From an uncultured archaeon (GTDB lineage: Archaea; Thermoproteota; Bathyarchaeia; Bathyarchaeales; Bathycorpusculaceae), in contig CAWALK010000011.1 of the NCBI GenBank assembly GCA_963782915.1, positions 1 to 64,000 on the forward strand: 64,000 bases of DNA, given 5' to 3'. The translations under genes were made by a program, and so were the position numbers. Within the stretch, counting starts at the first letter, position 1, and each line of letters opens with the position of its first letter. This document shows, piece after piece, positions 48,375 to 60,600 of this stretch. The notes below the pieces were generated by a model. It saw nothing but the letters and a program-made list of their open reading frames with translations. It was not told the origin of the DNA and did not search any database.

Positions 48375-51161
48375 CTATTTTTTTCTTATGACTAATAGAC
48401 CGACGAGTGCGATTGCAATGATTATTGCGATGCCCATGCCTACGATGGTGTATGTGTTGTCGACTGGTGCTGCGGTTGTTGGAGGTGTTGTTGTTGCTTG
48501 TGCTGCTTGAATGCCGAATGCTGTTTCTGCTGCTGATGGACCGTATGATTGTGTTCCTGCGAAGGTTGCCTTGATTGTGTATTCGCCTGCGATTTCTGGT
48601 GTCCAGAGTTTTTTGAATACGCCGCTTTGGTCGCTTGTGACTGTTCCAATGTTGATTACGTTTCCGTTGGGGTCGACTGCTTGTAATGTGACTGGGACGC
48701 CTGTTGCGTTTGTGGGTTCAGTTATGGTTTTTGTAACCATGAAGTCCATCCATCGTCCTTGGTCTGCGTCTGAAATCGCTGGTGTGCCTTTTAGGTCTTT
48801 GTTTGGTGACTGGTCTGTGACTGTACCGGTGATCATTACGCTGGTGCCTTGTGTAGTTACTGAGGATGAGGTTGTTACTGTTGTTTCGCTTGGTCCGGGG
48901 CCGTTGATGTAGACTCTTTGGTCGTTCATGTTGAACCATGTGTAGTAGCCGTCTGCTACTGCCTGTTCTTGCCATGAGCTTAAGCCATACATTTCCCAGA
49001 GTAGTTCGCCAGTGGTTGCGTTAACGCATCGTGTCTTTGCACCGTGGTATGCTGGGGCGTTGAGTGAGTGTTCTTCTTCTACTAGGTAGACTTTTCCGTC
49101 GGCGATTGCAGCTACTTGAGTTGGGTATGTTCCATACGCTGTTTCTGTGGTTGCGGTACTGTTTCGGGGGTTGCTTGGGTCGTTGCCGTAAGTGAAGTCA
49201 ATGTTTCCTGTCTTCATGTTGTAAGCTCTAAGCACTCCTCCGTAGCCTGCTACGTAGAGGTGGCCATAGCCTACTCCGACTGGATTAGTTAGACCTGTGG
49301 TGCCTGTGTAGTAGTTCCATGCGGGTGTTTCCATCGCGGATGGACCCCATACTACGTTTCCTGTGAGCATGTCGATGCCTGTCCATTGCATAGTTTCTCG
49401 GTAGTAGATTGTTGCTGTGTTAGTTTCTCCGTCAGCTGGGCCGACACATGCGGTGATGTTGCCTTGTGGTGCTGGATAGCTCTTTTGCCACATTACTTGG
49501 CCGATTGTTCCGCGTGTTGAATTGATGTTGATTGCCCAAAGAGTGTATGGATCGGGTGTTCCCCATGTGCCTGAACTTGTTCCTGGTGTCTGTTGAAGTC
49601 CTGAGCTTTGGCCGAAGATTAAGTCGCCTGGGAAGACTCTGAGAATCGTTGGGTTGTTGGTGAAAAGACCTGTTGTTGCGTTATAGGATGCAGATCCACC
49701 GAAGCCTCCTGCAGCTCCGATTGTTGAGAGTGTTGGACTTAGGGATTGTGACAGTGTTACGTTCCAGTCGTATGCTGAGCTCATGTTGTAGTTAGTGATG
49801 CCGGGTATCCATTGAGAGATTCCTCCAGCCGCGTCGTTTCCTGGTAGTTTAGTGTTGTTCCATTGCCATAAGTATGTGAACGGTGATGTGGGGGTTGGTC
49901 TGCCGATGCCGTATATGAGCCATTCTCCTTGTGGTCCGTAGGCGCGTGTTCCTGTTGGAACGTTTGTTTCGTTGAATAGCAATTTACCGGTTTGTGGGTC
50001 AACTGCAATCAAACTGCCTGGGGCGTTTACTGCTTGAGTGCGGGCGCTGATAGCGGAGATTGAACCAAGGTTATATTCCGGTCCATAGCTGGCATTTAAG
50101 AAGGCTCCCGTGGCACCTATGTATTTGTTTATTGCAGCCTGGTCAGGGTTAGTGATTCCTGTTCCGATGGCTGTTCCACTGTACCATAAGTAGCTGCCTG
50201 TGGTTCCGTGTTGGTTAGGTGATTCATAGTCGTATAGTTGACCGAAAGATACTGAGTTGATATCTGTGTTAGTCCATAGTGTTTCGCCGGTTCGTAAGTC
50301 TACGGCGGTGACTCCGTTGCCTTGAATTGCGTTGTTTTGTGGGATGCTGTAGTATAGGATTCCGTACATTATGATTGGGTTGGTGAATTTGAGTTGGTAT
50401 TGACTGCCAGAGTAGAAACTCATTGACTCGCTGATAGCGTGGTCTCCACCGACTATTCCTCCCCAAGTGAGTGGAATCGTGTTGATGACGTGAGCAGTGT
50501 TAGGGGCTCGACCGTATGGGTTGTACTTCATGTAGGTTGCGCCGTATTCATTTTGGCCTAGCCAGTGTCCACCGATGACTGACCAGAATTGGTTGTTTTC
50601 GTTAATGGGGCGTTCCCAGTAGCTGGTTGGTAATGGTGCTTCTTGGAAGTAGGATGTTGGGGTATCGTTGACGGTGAATGATATGGTTGTATTGCTTGGT
50701 AGGAAGTAGTCGCCTACGTAGACGTTGTCTGGGCCAACCAAACCTGTAGGGCCGGTTCTGCTCAGATTTTGTCCTGGGAAATTAAAGAATGCGCTGTAGT
50801 TTCCTAATTCGGTTGGGGTGTATTGCAGATAACTTGAGCCAGTTGCGTCGGAATTGATTGGGCCGAAGTGGTCAACTTTTCCGGATGGCGTAGTGACATC
50901 AACTGTCATGCCTCTCCATCTGTCGCCAGTCGTGCCGGCGGCTGTTGGTGGCGGAACGTTAAGCCAGAAGACAATGAGCAATGGTTGCGCTGAGCCAAGT
51001 CCATAAGGATTAGGCGAGACGGCAAGGTAAGCAAAAGTTGGGACATTCCATCCCGGTGTATGAGCCGAAGTATTCGGTGAAAGTATTAGCGGTGTAGTGA
51101 TGGTCAATAGGGCAAATAAAACAAATATGCCCATTACTGTTTTTTTTCTAGATATTTGCAT
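48375..51161 (-). CDS. Large PQQ-binding-like beta-propeller surface protein
   Basis: Signal peptide, AVDLRTGETLW, IADGKVY, CVNATTGELLW, GTVTDQSP, FAGTQSYGPS, C-terminal TM plus RKK. Confidence 0.85.
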   Translation of the reverse strand: MQISRKKTVMGIFVLFALLTITTPLILSPNTSAHTPGWNVPTFAYLAVSPNPYGLGSAQPLLIVFWLNVPPPTAAGTTGDRWRGMTVDVTTPSGKVDHFGPINSDATGSSYLQYTPTELGNYSAFFNFPGQNLSRTGPTGLVGPDNVYVGDYFLPSNTTISFTVNDTPTSYFQEAPLPTSYWERPINENNQFWSVIGGHWLGQNEYGATYMKYNPYGRAPNTAHVINTIPLTWGGIVGGDHAISESMSFYSGSQYQLKFTNPIIMYGILYYSIPQNNAIQGNGVTAVDLRTGETLWTNTDINSVSFGQLYDYESPNQHGTTGSYLWYSGTAIGTGITNPDQAAINKYIGATGAFLNASYGPEYNLGSISAISARTQAVNAPGSLIAVDPQTGKLLFNETNVPTGTRAYGPQGEWLIYGIGRPTPTSPFTYLWQWNNTKLPGNDAAGGISQWIPGITNYNMSSAYDWNVTLSQSLSPTLSTIGAAGGFGGSASYNATTGLFTNNPTILRVFPGDLIFGQSSGLQQTPGTSSGTWGTPDPYTLWAININSTRGTIGQVMWQKSYPAPQGNITACVGPADGETNTATIYYRETMQWTGIDMLTGNVVWGPSAMETPAWNYYTGTTGLTNPVGVGYGHLYVAGYGGVLRAYNMKTGNIDFTYGNDPSNPRNSTATTETAYGTYPTQVAAIADGKVYLVEEEHSLNAPAYHGAKTRCVNATTGELLWEMYGLSSWQEQAVADGYYTWFNMNDQRVYINGPGPSETTVTTSSSVTTQGTSVMITGTVTDQSPNKDLKGTPAISDADQGRWMDFMVTKTITEPTNATGVPVTLQAVDPNGNVINIGTVTSDQSGVFKKLWTPEIAGEYTIKATFAGTQSYGPSAAETAFGIQAAQATTTPPTTAAPVDNTYTIVGMGIAIIIAIALVGLLVIRKK

Positions 51162-51217
51162 TTTCTTTTCTCCTAAGTTATGCCCATCCCGTATGAGAGG
51201 TTCCTTTTTTAAACCCT

Positions 51218-51240
51218 TGTCACAACACCGTGTTATGACA
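51218..51240. promoter_or_regulatory. Palindromic operator next to the TATA box of the PQQ-like gene
   Basis: TGTCACAACAC-C-GTGTTATGACA (10/11 arm match); TTTAAA at 51208-51213. Confidence 0.5.
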
Positions 51241-51384
51241 TTGGTGTAACCTACCGTGGAACTGTGCGATAAACAGACAAGTAAGTCATTAAAAGAAAGC
51301 CAGTCGCGAAGGAGAGTTTGCCTCGTTCCGCCTAGGGATTAACAATGCAAAAAATATCAGGTTATCAATAAAGAGAAAAGAAGG

Positions 51385-54220
51385 TTAGGTGGAGGTTGAC
51401 TCGCGGGTTTCCCGGACGAGTGGTTTTGCCTCCACGATTGGGAGGTCCTCTACTGGCGCTTTTGCTGTTTGCTTTGCTTCAACTGGTGGTGTTGGTAGGC
51501 TTTTTTGTACGCATCGGAAGTCAACGTCTTCGCCTTGCAGGTCAAGTTGTCCTTTGACTGTGCCGTCGCTTAGGTATTCGATGCCAAAGCCCATTTTCTT
51601 GGTTAGGCTGATGGCGCGGTAGTTGTCTTGGAGCATGATTGCGTAGACGCTTTCGACGCCTTTTTCTTTGGCGATGTCAAGTGAGTAGTCGACGAGTTTT
51701 GTGCCCAGTCCTAAGCCTTGCCAATAGTCGGATACGATAAACGCCATTTCGCCGTGTTTGCCGTCCGGTTCAATGCTGAGGCGGCTTACTCCGAGGATTT
51801 TGCGTTTGCCGTTCTCAACCATCTCTGCCACTAAGGCGACTTCGCGGTCATAGTCAACGTTGCAGTATCGAACGCGGACTTCATGCGGGGTGTCTTTTAG
51901 CATCTGGAAGAATCGGTATCTGATGGATTCTTCGCTGAGGCTTTGGAACCATTCTATCCACATGGGTTCGTCCTCCGGTTTAATGGGACGCAACAGGACT
52001 TCTTGGCCGTTTTTGAGTAGCCATAGGATTTCGTACTTCTTGGGGTAGGGGCTGATGACCATGTGTTCGTGTGGCTCGAATTTCTTGCAAACCTTATCTT
52101 TGTCAACGACGATTCTGGCGTCGAGGACGCAGGCGTCTTTTTCGCTGATTAGCAAGGGGTTGATGTCGATTTCTTTGATTTGCGGGAAGTCTACGAGTAG
52201 TTGGCTGAATTGCAGGATGGTTTCGTCGAGGCGTTTTAGGTCCACCGGTGCTGAGCCGCGGAAGCCTTTGAGCAAACGGTAAACTTTGGTTTCCTCCATC
52301 ATACGCCTGATCAAAGTGGTGTTTAATGGTGGAAGCCCGATTGATACGTCTTTGAATAATTCTACGCCGACGCCTCCCATGCCAAAGAGGATGACTGGGC
52401 CAAATACCGGATCGGTTTTTCCGCCGATGATGACTTCGTGGCCTTTCTTTTCAACCATAGGCTGCACAGTGACACCGATAATCTGCGCGTTGGGGTTGTA
52501 TGCGGTTGCGCGTTGGATGAGCAATTCGAATGCGTCGCGGACTTCTCTTGGGCGAGTTGACGTTTAGGATGACTCCGCCTGCATCGGATTTGTGGATGAT
52601 TTGGGGCGAGAGAATCTTTAGGACAACTGGGAAGCCCATTTCGGTTGCAAGGGCGACTGCTTCGTCAACGTTGTTGGCGACTGCGGTGCGTACGATTGGG
52701 AAATTGTAGTATTTGAGTATTTTTTTAGCTTCATCTTCCGTTAGGACTTCTCTGTCTTCGAATGCAGCGTTTTTGAGGATGGCAAGTATTGGGCGTTTTG
52801 GCGGTGAAGCATCTACCGGTAGTTCCTCGGGGGTTTCGTAGAGGTCTTCGATGTTGCGTTGGTAATTGTACATGTACATGTAGGTTTTGAGTGCTTGCTC
52901 AGGTGTGCTGTAGGTTGGGATGTTGTTGGCGTTTAGGATGTTGTTTGCTTCTTGTACTGCTCCGAAACCCATGAAGGATGTTACGATGGTTTTGTTCTGG
53001 TAGGGTTTGTTGCGGACTAATTCAACGATGTCTTTGGCGATTTCTACGGATTCGGAGACTGCCTGCTGAGTAAAAATAACTAGTATGCCGTCGACGTTTT
53101 CGTCGTTTAGGGCACAGTCCATAGCTGCTTTATAGCGGTCTGCTTTGGCGTCGCCTAAAACGTCGATTGGGTTACCGTGGCTCCAAAACGGAGGCAAAAC
53201 AGCGTTGAGTGAATCGATGGTTTTTTGGCTGATTTTAGCTAATTGACCGCCGAAGCCGATCAGCGCATCAGTTGCCATGACTCCCGGGCCGCCTGCGTTG
53301 GTGATGATAGCAACATTATTGCCTTTAGGCAGAGGCTGCGTTCCTAAAACTTCAGCTGCATTGAATAAATCCGCGATTTCATTAACGCGAACTACGCCTG
53401 CCCGTTTAAAGGCAGCATCGTAAACCTCGTCTGAACCTGAGAGTGAACCTGTATGTGAAGCTGCTGCTTTGGCGCTCTCTGTGAATTTGCCGGATTTTAC
53501 GACGATGATTGGTTTAGTTCTTGCGAAGTGGCGGGCGGCACTCATGAATTTGCGGGCTTCAGTTATGCCCTCAACATACATGAGTATGCTTTTGGTTTTG
53601 GGGTCAGAACCAAAATAATCGATTAAGTCGCCGAAGTCAACATCAATCATGGAGCCAACGGAGACGAAGTTGCTAAAACCAATGTTTTCATGAATTGCCC
53701 AATCCAAAATTGCTGAGCCCAATGCGCCGCTTTGTGAGAGGAATGCGACGTTGCCGGGTTTTGGCATTTTGTCAAGGAATGTAGCGTTGAGGTTGATTCT
53801 TGGGCGAAGGATACCGATGCAGTTGGGTCCGATAACGCGTATGCCATGTTTCTTGGCGATGCATCCAACTTGGTCTTCAAGAGCCTTGCCGATGGGGCCA
53901 GTTTCTTTGAAGCCTGCGGAAACAATGATGACGCCTTTTACTTTGGCTTTTCCGCATTCTTCCATAACTCCTGGAACCGTTTTTGCGGGCGTAGCAATCA
54001 TCGCTAAGTCCACGGGCTCCGGAATTTGATCCACTGTTTGGTAAGTTTTAACACCTAAAATTTCTGGTTTTTTAATGTTGACAAAGTAAACTTTGCCAGC
54101 GAAACCCGACTGGGTAAAGTTCTTCACAATCGCGTAACCGACTGAACCTTCCACGTCACTGGCTCCGATGATAGCTACATTTTGAGGATTGAAAACCTTG
54201 TCAAGGTTTGTTGTTACCAT
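51385..54220 (-). CDS. NDP-forming acyl-CoA synthetase alpha/beta plus C-terminal GNAT fusion (Pat/PatZ-like), frameshift near 52548
   Basis: IGPNCIG, SQSGA, ASHTGSL, TNAGGPG, NPIDVLGD, HKSDAGGV, DPVFGPVI, EIDINPL, RPIKPED, WQGLGLG. Confidence 0.9.
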
Positions 54221-54373
54221 TCTATAACCTTCTGACTTAGGTCGGTGTTATGCTATAAATTAAAGCTTATTGTTCTGGAATCAGTATTTTTCAAAGGCAA
54301 ACGTGATTCTATGACACAAAACGTCCATTCATACTTTGCATTGATGAGAATGGGCTGATACAGAAACAGGGGG

Positions 54374-54819
54374 TTACTTGAAGTATTTTTTAATATCGAC
54401 AAGCGACAGTACTGCAACTCCATTAGCTGTCAGCAGCTGCTCGGCTTTTTCAAGCTCGCTTGGCCGGATTATCAGTGCAACTTTACCGCCCACATGCACA
54501 GCGGAGGAATAAGCGTACTCGATGTTTATGCCGCTGTCACCCAAAATCTTTGTAACTTTAGATAAGCGGTCTACCTCGGAGCTGAAAAACGCTGTTACCT
54601 CAGTGTTCTTCTTAGATTTAGCCAGACTAAACCCGCATCCTGTAGCAACGCAATGGCTTTCTGCGGTTCCTCAGTAATCAAGCGGACAACGCCGAATTCG
54701 CCGGCTTCAGCAATCGAAATCGCAAAAACCCGGAGCTGATTGTTATCTAACTGGGACATGGCTTCGAAAAGTGATCCTGGTCGATTATCAAGAAACACGG
54801 CTACTTGCATTATAGGCAA
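54374..54819 (-). CDS. Tandem ACT-domain protein, frameshift near 54630
   Basis: QVAVFLDNRPGSL, AEAGEFGVVRL; shifted frame LGDSGINIEYAY...KKYFK-stop. Confidence 0.8.
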
Positions 54820-54936
54820 ACAGGCACCCTCACAGGTCTTATTTGTGTGGTGGGTATTTAACTTTTAAGCAACCCAAGCTCTAAGTTTAAAATTGGCAGT
54901 TGAGAATCTGTTTTTTACCAACCTTTATATTATAAC

Positions 54937-55714
54937 TTGAATAATCCTTGCATGCTGGAGATTGCAAGTTTGCTCAAATGCATAGGAGTCTCCAAACGCT
55001 TTGGAGGACTTCAAGCCCTAAAAAACGTAGATTTTACCATTAACAGCGGCGAAATCGCTGGACTTGTAGGCCCCAACGGCTCTGGAAAATCCACTTTACT
55101 CAACTTAATCAGCGGCGTCTACAAACCCGACTCAGGCCAAATCACTGCTCTTAGGCGAAGACATCGCAAAGCTTCCCCCATTTGTTGTATGCGCTAAAGG
55201 CGTTACCAAAACAGCGCAGACCGTGCAGTCTTTCCCTGAAATGACCGCAACCGAAAACGTGCTAACAAGCGTTCTTTTTAACCAAAAGAAATCTGCCGCC
55301 AAAACCGACGGCGTGGCACGGGCGCAGGAACTGTTGGCGTTTGTGGGTTTGAGTAAAGACAAATTTGACCTTAAAGCAAAAAACCTAAACGTTGTGGAGC
55401 TGCGTCGGATTCAGCTTGCTAAAGCATTGGCAACCGACCCCAAACTGCTCCTTCTTGACGAATTACTCACTGGTTTAACTCCTAAAGAAACCGATGAAGC
55501 CATCGCACTCATCAAACTCATCAACAAACAAGGCGTAACCGTCCTAATCGTAGAGCATGTCATGCGTGTCATAATGGGACTCTGCGACCGCGTCATTGTG
55601 CTACAGCATGGAGAAAAAATCTGCGAAGGCACCCCCAAACAGGTCTGCACCGACCAAAACGTCATCAACGTCTATCTTGGTAAACGCTTCACATTCGGCG
55701 AGGAAGAACAATAA
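54937..55714 (+). CDS. livG: Branched-chain amino acid ABC ATPase, frameshift near 55145
   Basis: KRFGGLQAL, GPNGSGKST, LLLLDE, VEHVMR, V..VYLG. Confidence 0.88.
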
Positions 55715-56418
55715 TGCTTGAAATCGAAAACGTCTGCGCATCCTATGGCATGGTAAAGATTCTACATAACGTAAACTTTAGGGTAGAAGAAAAAGAAATC
55801 ATCAGCATCATCGGTCCCAACGGCGCAGGAAAAACCACACTTGTCAAAACCATCATGGGTTTCCTCAAACCGCAGACGGGCACAATCAAGTTCAAGGGCG
55901 AAAACATCGAAAAACTCTCCACCTGTGAAATTGTCAAAAAGGGCTTAACTATGATTCCTGAGGGCAGAGAAATCTTTCCCCGCATGACCGTTAACGAAAA
56001 TTTGATGTTAGGCGCTTACACCATCAAGGACAGAGCGAAAGTTAAGGAAACCAAAGAGAAAGTTACCGCAATCTTTCCGGTGCTAAAGAAGAAAGAGAAG
56101 GCGCTGGCTCAAACGTTGAGCGGTGGCGAGCAGCAGATGCTTGTTATCTGCCGAAGCCTAATGTCCAATCCGCAACTGCTGATTTTGGATGAGCCATCAT
56201 TGGGTTTAGCACCCATCATAGTAGAGAAAGTTCTCGACACAGTACGCACCATAAACGACGAAGGCGTAACCGTGCTGCTGGTAGAACAGAACATCCATGA
56301 CAGCTTAAACATTGCCAGCCGAGGCTACGTTCTTGAAGAAGGCAAGATAGTATTAGAAGGAAAAAGTAGAGAACTTTTATCTAATACGCACATAAAAGAA
56401 GTGTATCTAGGCGTATAG
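55714..56418 (+). CDS. livF: Branched-chain amino acid ABC ATPase
   Basis: GPNGAGKTT, PEGREIF, LSGGEQQML, DEPSLGLAP, LLVEQN. Confidence 0.93.
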   Translation: MLEIENVCASYGMVKILHNVNFRVEEKEIISIIGPNGAGKTTLVKTIMGFLKPQTGTIKFKGENIEKLSTCEIVKKGLTMIPEGREIFPRMTVNENLMLGAYTIKDRAKVKETKEKVTAIFPVLKKKEKALAQTLSGGEQQMLVICRSLMSNPQLLILDEPSLGLAPIIVEKVLDTVRTINDEGVTVLLVEQNIHDSLNIASRGYVLEEGKIVLEGKSRELLSNTHIKEVYLGV

Positions 56419-56437
56419 TCCAAAGAGGATTAAGCAT

Positions 56438-57758
56438 ATGGTCGACGGTAAATACTGGAACCAAAAAATCGAAACTATGCCCAGAGCGGACATACAAAAA
56501 CACCAGCTACAAAAACTCAAAGAACTAGTCAAATACTGCTATGAAAACAGCAGCTTTTACCGCAAAAAATTTGACTCCGTCGGCTTCAAACCAACCGATA
56601 TCCAGACCCTCGATGACCTAAAAAAAATCCCTTTTACAATAAAAACTGACCTAAAAGACAACTATCCATACGGTATGGTTACCACTAAACCGGAAGAAAT
56701 CGTCGAAATCCATGCATCCAGCGGAACAACAGGCAACCCAATAGTTGGCGCCTACACAAAAAACGACATGGATGTCTGGTCCGAATTAATGGCTCGATGC
56801 CTCTACACCGCCGGCAGCCGAAAAGAAGACATCATCCATGTATCCTATGGTTATGGCTTATTCACTGGCGGCTTAGGCATGCATTATGGCATACAGAAGC
56901 TCGGAGCAAGAGTCGTGCCTGCAAGCGGCGGCATGACACAACGGCAGATTAAACTCATGAAAGATTTAGGCACCACAATACTCGCATGCACCCCAAGCTT
57001 CGCAGTTTATCTCTCAGAAACCATGACCCAAGAAGGCGTTAACCCAAGAAAAGACCTCAAACTCAAAAGAGGCATATTCGGCGCTGAACCTTGGTCAGAT
57101 AAAATCCGCGAACGAATCGAGCAGGAAATGGGCATTGAAGCCTTCGACATTTACGGCTTAACTGAACTCTGCGGTCCAGGCGTCTCCGTCGAATGTGAGA
57201 AGCATGCGGGCTTGCATATTTGGGAAGACCACTTCATCGTAGAAACCATCAACCCAGACACAGGCGAAGTTTTGGCACCCGGTGAAGAAGGCGAATTAGT
57301 CTTCACAACCTTAACCAAAATGGGCATGCCCATGCTACGTTACAGAACAAGAGACATCTCCAAATTAACCACAGAAACATGCAAATGCGGACGCACCCAC
57401 ACAAGAATGCAACGTGTATCCGGAAGATCCGACGACATGCTCATTATCCGAGGCGTAAACGTTTTCCCCTCACAAATCGAGTATGCCGTCATGTGCTTTA
57501 GCGAGTTAGCCACACAATACCTGATTGTGGTTGACAGGCCAGGTGCCCTAGATACCTTCGTTGTTAAAGTTGAATTATCCGATAAAGCCTCAAAAGATCC
57601 AAGCCTTAGACAAGAATGCACTCAAAAACGAAATCCAAAAACGCATCCACATAGTAACAGGCATATCCGCAGACGTCGAAATCGTTAAGCCAGGCGAGCT
57701 TCCAAGAACCGAAGGCAAAGCAAAACGAGTGCTGGACCTACGCAAAGGCAAAATGTAA
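56438..57758 (+). CDS. paaK: Phenylacetate-CoA ligase family (AMP-forming), frameshift near 57601
   Basis: HASSGTTG, YGLFTGGLG, GAEPWS, YGLTE, RYRTRD, GRSDDM..RGVNVFP; second frame LPRTEGKAKRV.DLR. Confidence 0.92.
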
Positions 57759-57773
57759 AAGGATTTTGTTTAC

Positions 57774-59965
57774 GTGACTTCCAAGATTGCAGTAGATAAG
57801 CCGGGCAGTTTTGCCTTGCTTAACGGGGACGAGGCAGTTGCACGCGGGGCAGTTGAAGCCACCGTTAAGGTTGCCGCCGCCTACCCAGGAACCCCTTCTA
57901 CTGAAATTTTGGAGGCGCTGGCTGAAGTTTCTAAGGAATTAGGTCTCTATGCAGAATGGAGCATAAACGAAATTGTTGCCGCCGAAGTAGCCGCGGGCGC
58001 GTCTATGACGGGTGTGCGTTCGATGACCTCCATGAAGCATGTGGGCTTAAACGTCGCCGCCGACGCTGTCATGACGCTGGCTTATACGGGTGTTGAAGGC
58101 GGCATGATAATCGTCGTCTGTGACGACCCAGCCTTGCATAGCAGCCAAAACGAGCAGGACACCCGATACTTTGCGGTTCACGCTAAACTGCCATTGCTTG
58201 ACGCCGGCAACCCCCAGGAGGCGCATGACATGGCAAAGGAAGCCTTTGAAATCAGCGAGAAACTGCATTTGCCAGTGATTCTGCGGTTAACCACACGGGT
58301 TGCGCATGGAAAAGCAAGGGTTAAGCTGGGTGAATTCCAAAAAATCAGCCGCTCAGCCGAGTTTGACAAGAACGGCTCCAAATGGGTTATGGTGCCCTCC
58401 AACGCTATCCGCCAGCACAGGGTCTTAGAGGTACGGTTAGCGCAGGCGAAGACGCTTGTGAATCATTCAAAGTATAATGCGATTGAAGATAACGGCGCCG
58501 AAATCGGTATCATAGGAAGCGGAGTTGGTTACTATTATGCTCGTTCAGTGCTGGATACAAAAAAGTTCAGTTGGTTAAAGCTGGGTTTTGTTCATCCGTT
58601 TCCCCAAGAGATTGTACGAAGATTTGCGCTTAAGGTAAAGAAAATCATAGTAATCGAGGAGTTGCGGCCTTACATTGAAGAGAATCTTCAGCGGCTGGGT
58701 CTAGTAGCCTATGGAAAAAACCAGTTGGGCTTAGAAGAAATCGGTGAGTTAACGCCTGATAATGTACGCGAAGCCTTAGCAAATTTTGGCTTAACCGACC
58801 GCGCTGAGGCACCTCAGACGGATGGATTTGCCGCCACGTCCACCAGCACTCTGCCCCGGCTGTCCCCACAGAGCATTCTTCTTCGCTTTGAATTCTTTCA
58901 ATCAGCATATTGAATGCAGCAGCGAAAAATGCGTCGGCTGCGACATATGCGAATACGCTTGTTCCTTTGAAAAAGAAGGCGTCTTTAACCCGCTGAAATC
59001 GCGGATTCGCTCGGTAAGGGTTAATGTGACTTTTAATTCGGCTGTAACCTGCAAAGCCTGCATCAACGCACCCTGTGTTGCAGCATGCCCCGAAGAAGCC
59101 CTAACGTCAGTCCACTCAAACAGGCACAATTAGCGTTGACGAATCAAAGTGCAAGGGCTGCGACTGGTGCATAGAAGCCTGCCAATACGGCGCATTAACC
59201 CTGCATCCTACTTCACGTAAACCCCAAATCTGCGACACCTGCCAAGGCGACCCCAAATGCGTCACTGCCTGCCCAGAAAATGCACTAAGCCTTGTTGGGA
59301 GGTCAAACGATAAAATCGTCACAGGCGACATCGGATGCTACACACTCGGCGTTTTGCCCCCTGTGAGCGCAGTCCAAACCTGCCTCTGTATGGGCGCAGG
59401 CATCGGTCAGGGCGCAGGCATGTTCCATGCAGGCGTAAAAGACAAAGTCTTCTCAGTTTTAGGTGACTCAACATTTTTCCACGCGGGCATGCCCAATCTG
59501 CTAAACATCGTTTACAACAAAGCAAACGTTTGCGTCGTCATCATGGATAACAGCGTCATTGCCATGACAGGGCATCAGCCTACGCCGGGTTCAGGAAAAA
59601 CCGCTATGGGCACAGAAGCCAAAGTAGTCAAAATAGTCGACATCGTCAAAGCAGTGGGCATCGAGAAGGTCATAACAGTTGACCCTTATGACATTAAAGC
59701 GGCAACTGCAGCCGTTAAGGAAATGGTAGAGTACAAGGGGCCCTCAGTGATTATTTCCCAGCGTGCCTGTCCATTGTTGGTGGAGAGGCAAAAGCCCTTC
59801 GAAGTACAGGATCAATGCAACGCTTGCGGAGTCTGCGTGAAAGCATTCGGATGCCCAGCCATCACATTGGGCGACGAACACGCCAAAATCGACACAACCC
59901 TCTGTATGGGTTGCGGTGTCTGCTCAACAGTGTGCCCCTTCGACGCAATAAGGAGAAAAGAATAA
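57774..59965 (+). CDS. iorA: Indolepyruvate:ferredoxin oxidoreductase alpha subunit with inserted 4x[4Fe-4S] ferredoxin; frameshifts near 58820 and 59107
   Basis: YPGTPSTE, MKHVGLNVA, SSQNEQD, RPPALCPGCPHR, TGDIGCYTLG, GDSTFFH, MTGHQP, C-terminal 2x[4Fe-4S]. Confidence 0.9.
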
Positions 59966-60552
59966 TGAAGCTTGACATAGTTTTCAGCGGCGTCGGAGGC
60001 CAAGGGGTTGTCGTTTTGAGCGACATTTACTGTGAAGCAGCCATGCTCGACGGCTATGACGTAGCCAAAGCCGAAATCCATGGCATGGCACAGCGCGGCG
60101 GCTCCATAGTCGCTTATACCCGAATCGGCGACAAAGTAGAATGCCCACTGATTGAAACAGGCAAAGCAGACGCAATAATCGGCTTCGAAATCTTGGAAAC
60201 CGCAAGAGTACTGCCCATGATGAAGCCCAACGGGTCAGTAGTTGTAAACACAAAGTACATTCAACCCAACTGCACCGCCGTCGGCGCTAAACTGAAGACT
60301 ACTAAAGAATTAATCGAGTTAATTCAAGCAAAAACCCTCAATTCACACCAAGTTGACGGGACGGGTATAGCGCAGAAAGTAGGCAACCCCTTGGTGGTAA
60401 ACACTGTTCTTCTGGGTGCACTTTCAGCATTGCCAGAGATACCTGTTAAGCGGGAATCGTTTGAGAAGGCAATGGCGACCAGACTCAAAGAGAAATATCT
60501 CACTGTTAACTTGAAAGCATTCCAGCTTGGCAGAGATAACATTTTGCGTTAA
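59965..60552 (+). CDS. iorB: Indolepyruvate:ferredoxin oxidoreductase beta subunit
   Basis: GVGGQGVV, EIHGMAQRGGS, NTVLLGA, NLKAF.LG; ATG at 59965. Confidence 0.92.
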   Translation: MKLDIVFSGVGGQGVVVLSDIYCEAAMLDGYDVAKAEIHGMAQRGGSIVAYTRIGDKVECPLIETGKADAIIGFEILETARVLPMMKPNGSVVVNTKYIQPNCTAVGAKLKTTKELIELIQAKTLNSHQVDGTGIAQKVGNPLVVNTVLLGALSALPEIPVKRESFEKAMATRLKEKYLTVNLKAFQLGRDNILR

Positions 60553-60600
60553 TCTTATTAGCGTACGCTTCTAGAATATGCATTAACAAGAGGAGAAATT

